DNA of 47,299 nucleotides. Origin: Malacoraja senta (Eukaryota). Both the position numbers and the translations under genes were made by a program. The notes under the pieces are model-generated. The model did no database searches and was not told the origin of the DNA. It saw nothing but the letters and a program-made list of their open reading frames with translations. Within the stretch, counting starts at the first letter, position 1, and each line of letters starts with the position of its first letter. The DNA lies in NCBI GenBank assembly GCA_038087875.1, contig CM075998.1, forward strand, positions 7,194,001 through 7,241,299, given 5' to 3'. Positions 44,140-47,299 of this stretch are shown here, piece by piece.

Positions 44140-45205
44140 AATCTTAGAGTATGTGTTTACTCATCGTGATTCAATAACATCTGTACAAATGTTTACGACA
44201 GATTAATCGAACGCCCTAAATTAGACTCTCGAACTGTGCCGTAGGTTTATTTGCGGAAAGTTCATTATGTAAACTTGTTTAGTTTCCCAGCAATTCGATA
44301 AACTTTGTTCTACTGTAAACAAACGAGACAGCGTTCAATTCTTATATAGGGTTTATCCAAGATTTCTCGCTCCCTCTTCTCCCCCTCCCCTCCCCACCCG
44401 CAGTGCCGTGCTCTCTCCTCACTCCCTCCCCTCCAGCAGTGCAGCGTTCCCTCCTCTCCCCTTCACTCTCTCTGTCTCTCCCCCCTCTCTCTCTCCCCAT
44501 CTCTCTCCCTCTCCCCCCCTCTCTCTTTCTCCACCCTCTCTCTCTCTCTCTCCCCCCTTTCTCTCACTCTTCCCCCTCTCTCTATCTCCCCCTCTCTCTC
44601 TCTCTCTCTCCCCCTTCCTCTCCCCCACCCTCCCATGCCCTCCCCCACCCTCCCTCCCCTAAACCCCTTTCCCCCTCCCCCTGCACCCCTCCCCTACCAC
44701 CTTCCCTCCACCCCATCCCCTCCCCACCATCCCTCCCCCTCCCTTCCCCCCTCTCCCCCTTCCATTCCCTCCGCCTCTCATCCCCCCTTTTCTCCCTCTC
44801 TCTCCCCCCTCTCTCTCCTCCCCTCTCTCTCCCATCTCTCTCTCCCCTCCTCCCCTACCCTCCCTCACCCACCCTCCCTCTCCTCCTCCCCTCCACCCCC
44901 TCTCCCTCTGTCTCTTGCCCTTCTGTCTCTGCCCCTTTCTCTCTGTCTCTCCCCACTCTCTCTCTGCCCTCACTCTCTACACTCCACCCCCTCTCTGGAC
45001 GCGCCTGCGAGTTGGGGGCTATGCGTCAGTGGATAGGGCGGTTATGGGGTAAAAAGGAGCAAATTAATAATATTAATAATAGTTAGCGTGTGTGCGGGGG
45101 GGTAGTTAGTGTGCGTGACGCCGCATGCCGCCCCCCCCAGCCACCCCCCCCCCCCCGCATCCGCACATTGGGGGAACAGTCCCAACGGGTCTGCACTTGG
45201 TCTGG
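44140..45205 (+). mobile_element. Non-autonomous Helitron-like element (3' end) containing a long polypyrimidine tract (about 44370-44995)
   Basis: Subterminal hairpin CAGTCCC-AAC-GGGTCTG (45177-45193), terminal CTGG (CTRR) at 45202-45205, followed by T. A second copy starts at about 46960. The left boundary is uncertain. Confidence 0.6.
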
Positions 45206-45570
45206 TTTTTTTTTTAATGTCAGTTTGGTAATAAATTTTAGTAAATATCTCGGGAAATAATTGACCCAAATTTATAGAGGATTGGATTTTTGAAATCATA
45301 AGGAAAATTTCTACCAGAAGATGTAAAAAATCACTGTAATTGTAACGTCAGCAGCTGGTCAGTGGTCAGATTTTTTTTTAAAAAAAAGGTCAGATTAGTC
45401 AATAATTTTAATTAAAAAGTCAGGGAAATAATGTACCAAATTTACAGAGGAGTGGAGTTCTAAAATCGCAAGGAAAATCTCTACTGAAATATGTAAACAT
45501 TTCCCCGTTTCGGCGTCTGGTTTTCAAGGAGATACGGCGAAAGGGCAAAATGACACACACACCCACACCC

Positions 45571-45601
<31 letters not shown>

Positions 45602-45621
45602 GAGTTTTAAAAGTATATAGA
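45206..45621 (-). mobile_element. Helitron-like 5' end
   Basis: Minus strand A|TCTATATACTTTTAAAACTCTGTGTGTG; internal imperfect tandem duplication (about 45225-45345 vs 45400-45520). Confidence 0.55.
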
Positions 45622-46139
45622 TTAAAGTTGCCCAGCTGCTGACCTCACAATGCCTTTCCTCGTGGCCCCGCCCCCCGTTCTGGATTAATGCAGCTGCTGT
45701 CAATGCGCATGCACAGTTTTCCATGAGGTACGTTAGCCCACCCAACCCCCCGTTCTTCAAAAGGTGCAGAAAGATCGAGAAAGTTCTGCAGCAAAGATCC
45801 TACAGCTCCTGCTCCGCTATAGGATCTTTGTTATGCAGATCGCGAGGTCAGTGGCAAAGATCCTATTGCAAGCTCCGCTATAGAATCTTTGGTCAGAGGC
45901 GCCCACGTGCTGAAGAAGTTTTCTTGCTGCCCGTGTACCTTGTGAAGCCCCACCCCTCCCATCCCCCGCCCGTCCGCCCGCCCGCTCACTCAGCTGCCGG
46001 TTTCCAGAGAGTCAAGCCGGTTCTGTCTCTCTCCGCTGTTCGGAGCCCACTCACTTGCCTGGCTCCCCCTCCTCCCCTCTCCTCCCTCCCTCTCTCCCCT
46101 CTCCTCTCTACCCGACCTCCTCTCCGTGTCCGCGGCCGG

Positions 46140-46960
46140 ATCGACCAGTGGCGCTAACGTCTGTGGTGATGAAGTGCTTTGAGAGGTTGATCATGGTGCA
46201 AATCAACTCCTTCCTCGACAAAAACCTGGACCCTCTGCAGTTCGCTTACCGCCACAACAGATCAATGGTGGATGCGATCTCGCTGGCTCTCCACTCTGCT
46301 CTGGACCACTTGGACAACAAAAACTCATATGTCAGGCTGTTATTCATCGATTACAGCTCGGCATTTAATACAATCATCCCCTCCAAGCTGGAGAGTCGGT
46401 TTGTCAAGGAGAACTCTCTCTAACTTCTACAGGTGCACAGCAGCGAGCATGCTGACCGGTTGCATCGTGGTTTGGTTCGGCAACTTGATCGCCCTGGAGC
46501 GGAAAAGACTACAAAACGGAGTAAATACTGCCCAATCCATCATCGGCTTGGACCTCCCTTCCATTGAGGGGATCTATCGCCTCAAAAAGGCTGGCAGTAT
46601 CATCAAGGACCCACAGCATCCTGGCCACACACTCATCTCCCCGCTGCCTTCAGGTAGAAGGTACAGGAGCCTGAAGACTGCAACGACCAGGTTCAGGAAT
46701 AGCTACTTCCCCACAGCCATGAGGCTATTAAACTTGGCTCGGACAAAACTCTGAACATTAATAGCCCATTATCTGTATATTTGCACTTTATCAGTTTATT
46801 TATTCATGTGTGTATATATTTATATAATGGTATATGGACACACTGATCTATTCTGTAGTCATGCCTACTATGTTCTGTTGTGCTGAAGCAAAGCAAGAAT
46901 TTCAGTGTCCTATCAGGGACACATGACAATAAACCCTCTTAAATCTTGAATCTTGAATCT
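46140..46960 (+). mobile_element. Rex1/Babar LINE fragment with internal deletion and (TCTTGAA)n tail
   Basis: [37 protein letters not shown], joined at about 46390 to NFYRCT..S.LT.CI.VWFG..LPSGRRYRS; AATAAA and tail follow. Confidence 0.88.
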
Positions 46961-47299
46961 CTCTCTCCCCTCCTCCTCCACCCTCACCCCCTCGCCCTCT
47001 GTCTCTTGCCGTTCTGTCTCTGCCCCTCTCTCTCTCTGTCTCTCCCCATTCTCTCTCTGCCCTCACTCTCGACCCCCTCCTCCCTCTGTAGATGCGCCTG
47101 CGAGTTGGGGGCTATGCGTCAGTGGATAGGGCTGTTATGAGGTAAAAGGAGCAAATTAATAATATTGATATAATATCAAGGGGGTAGTTAGCGTGTGTGG
47201 GGGGGGGTAGTTAGTGTGTGTGGGGGAGGTTAGTGTGTGTGACGCCGCATGCCGCCGCCCCCCCCCCCCCCCGCAACCGCGCGTTGGGGGAACAGACCC
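46960..47299 (+). mobile_element. Second copy of the Helitron-like 3' region (runs off the window)
   Basis: Direct repeat of about 44870-45183 (gcgcctgcgagttgggggctatgcgtcagtggataggg...ggggaacagaccc). Confidence 0.65.

Noticed and set aside
42346..45086. His/Thr-, Cys/Val- and Pro/Ser/Leu-rich ORFs
   Set aside because: Artifacts of the (GT)n and C/T low-complexity tracts.

Overview
Eukaryotic, non-mammalian vertebrate DNA. The repeat repertoire (CR1/HER1-type LINEs, an HE1-like V-SINE, Penelope-derived hairpins, Rex1/Babar, BEL) points to a cartilaginous fish, probably a skate or ray; this is inference. Most of the window is transposable elements, many nested with readable target-site duplications (TSDs). 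A decayed BEL/Pao retrotransposon contains a CR1, which contains a full-length, nearly intact L1. A Rex1/Babar derivative sits in the BEL protease region, an internally deleted Gypsy sits in a CR1 microsatellite tail, and an RTE sits in another CR1. Penelope fragments carry minimal hammerhead-ribozyme cores, and Helitron-like elements and long microsatellites occupy the right end. The main finding, not visible in the ORF track, is an apparently intact two-exon beta-defensin gene on the + strand: signal-peptide exon 4141-4225 and six-cysteine exon 10344-10456, giving a 65-aa precursor, with poly(A) signals downstream. A heavily decayed butyrophilin/B7-like Ig-domain pseudogene may lie on the opposite strand. 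Family assignments come from motif recognition by eye; no searches were run.
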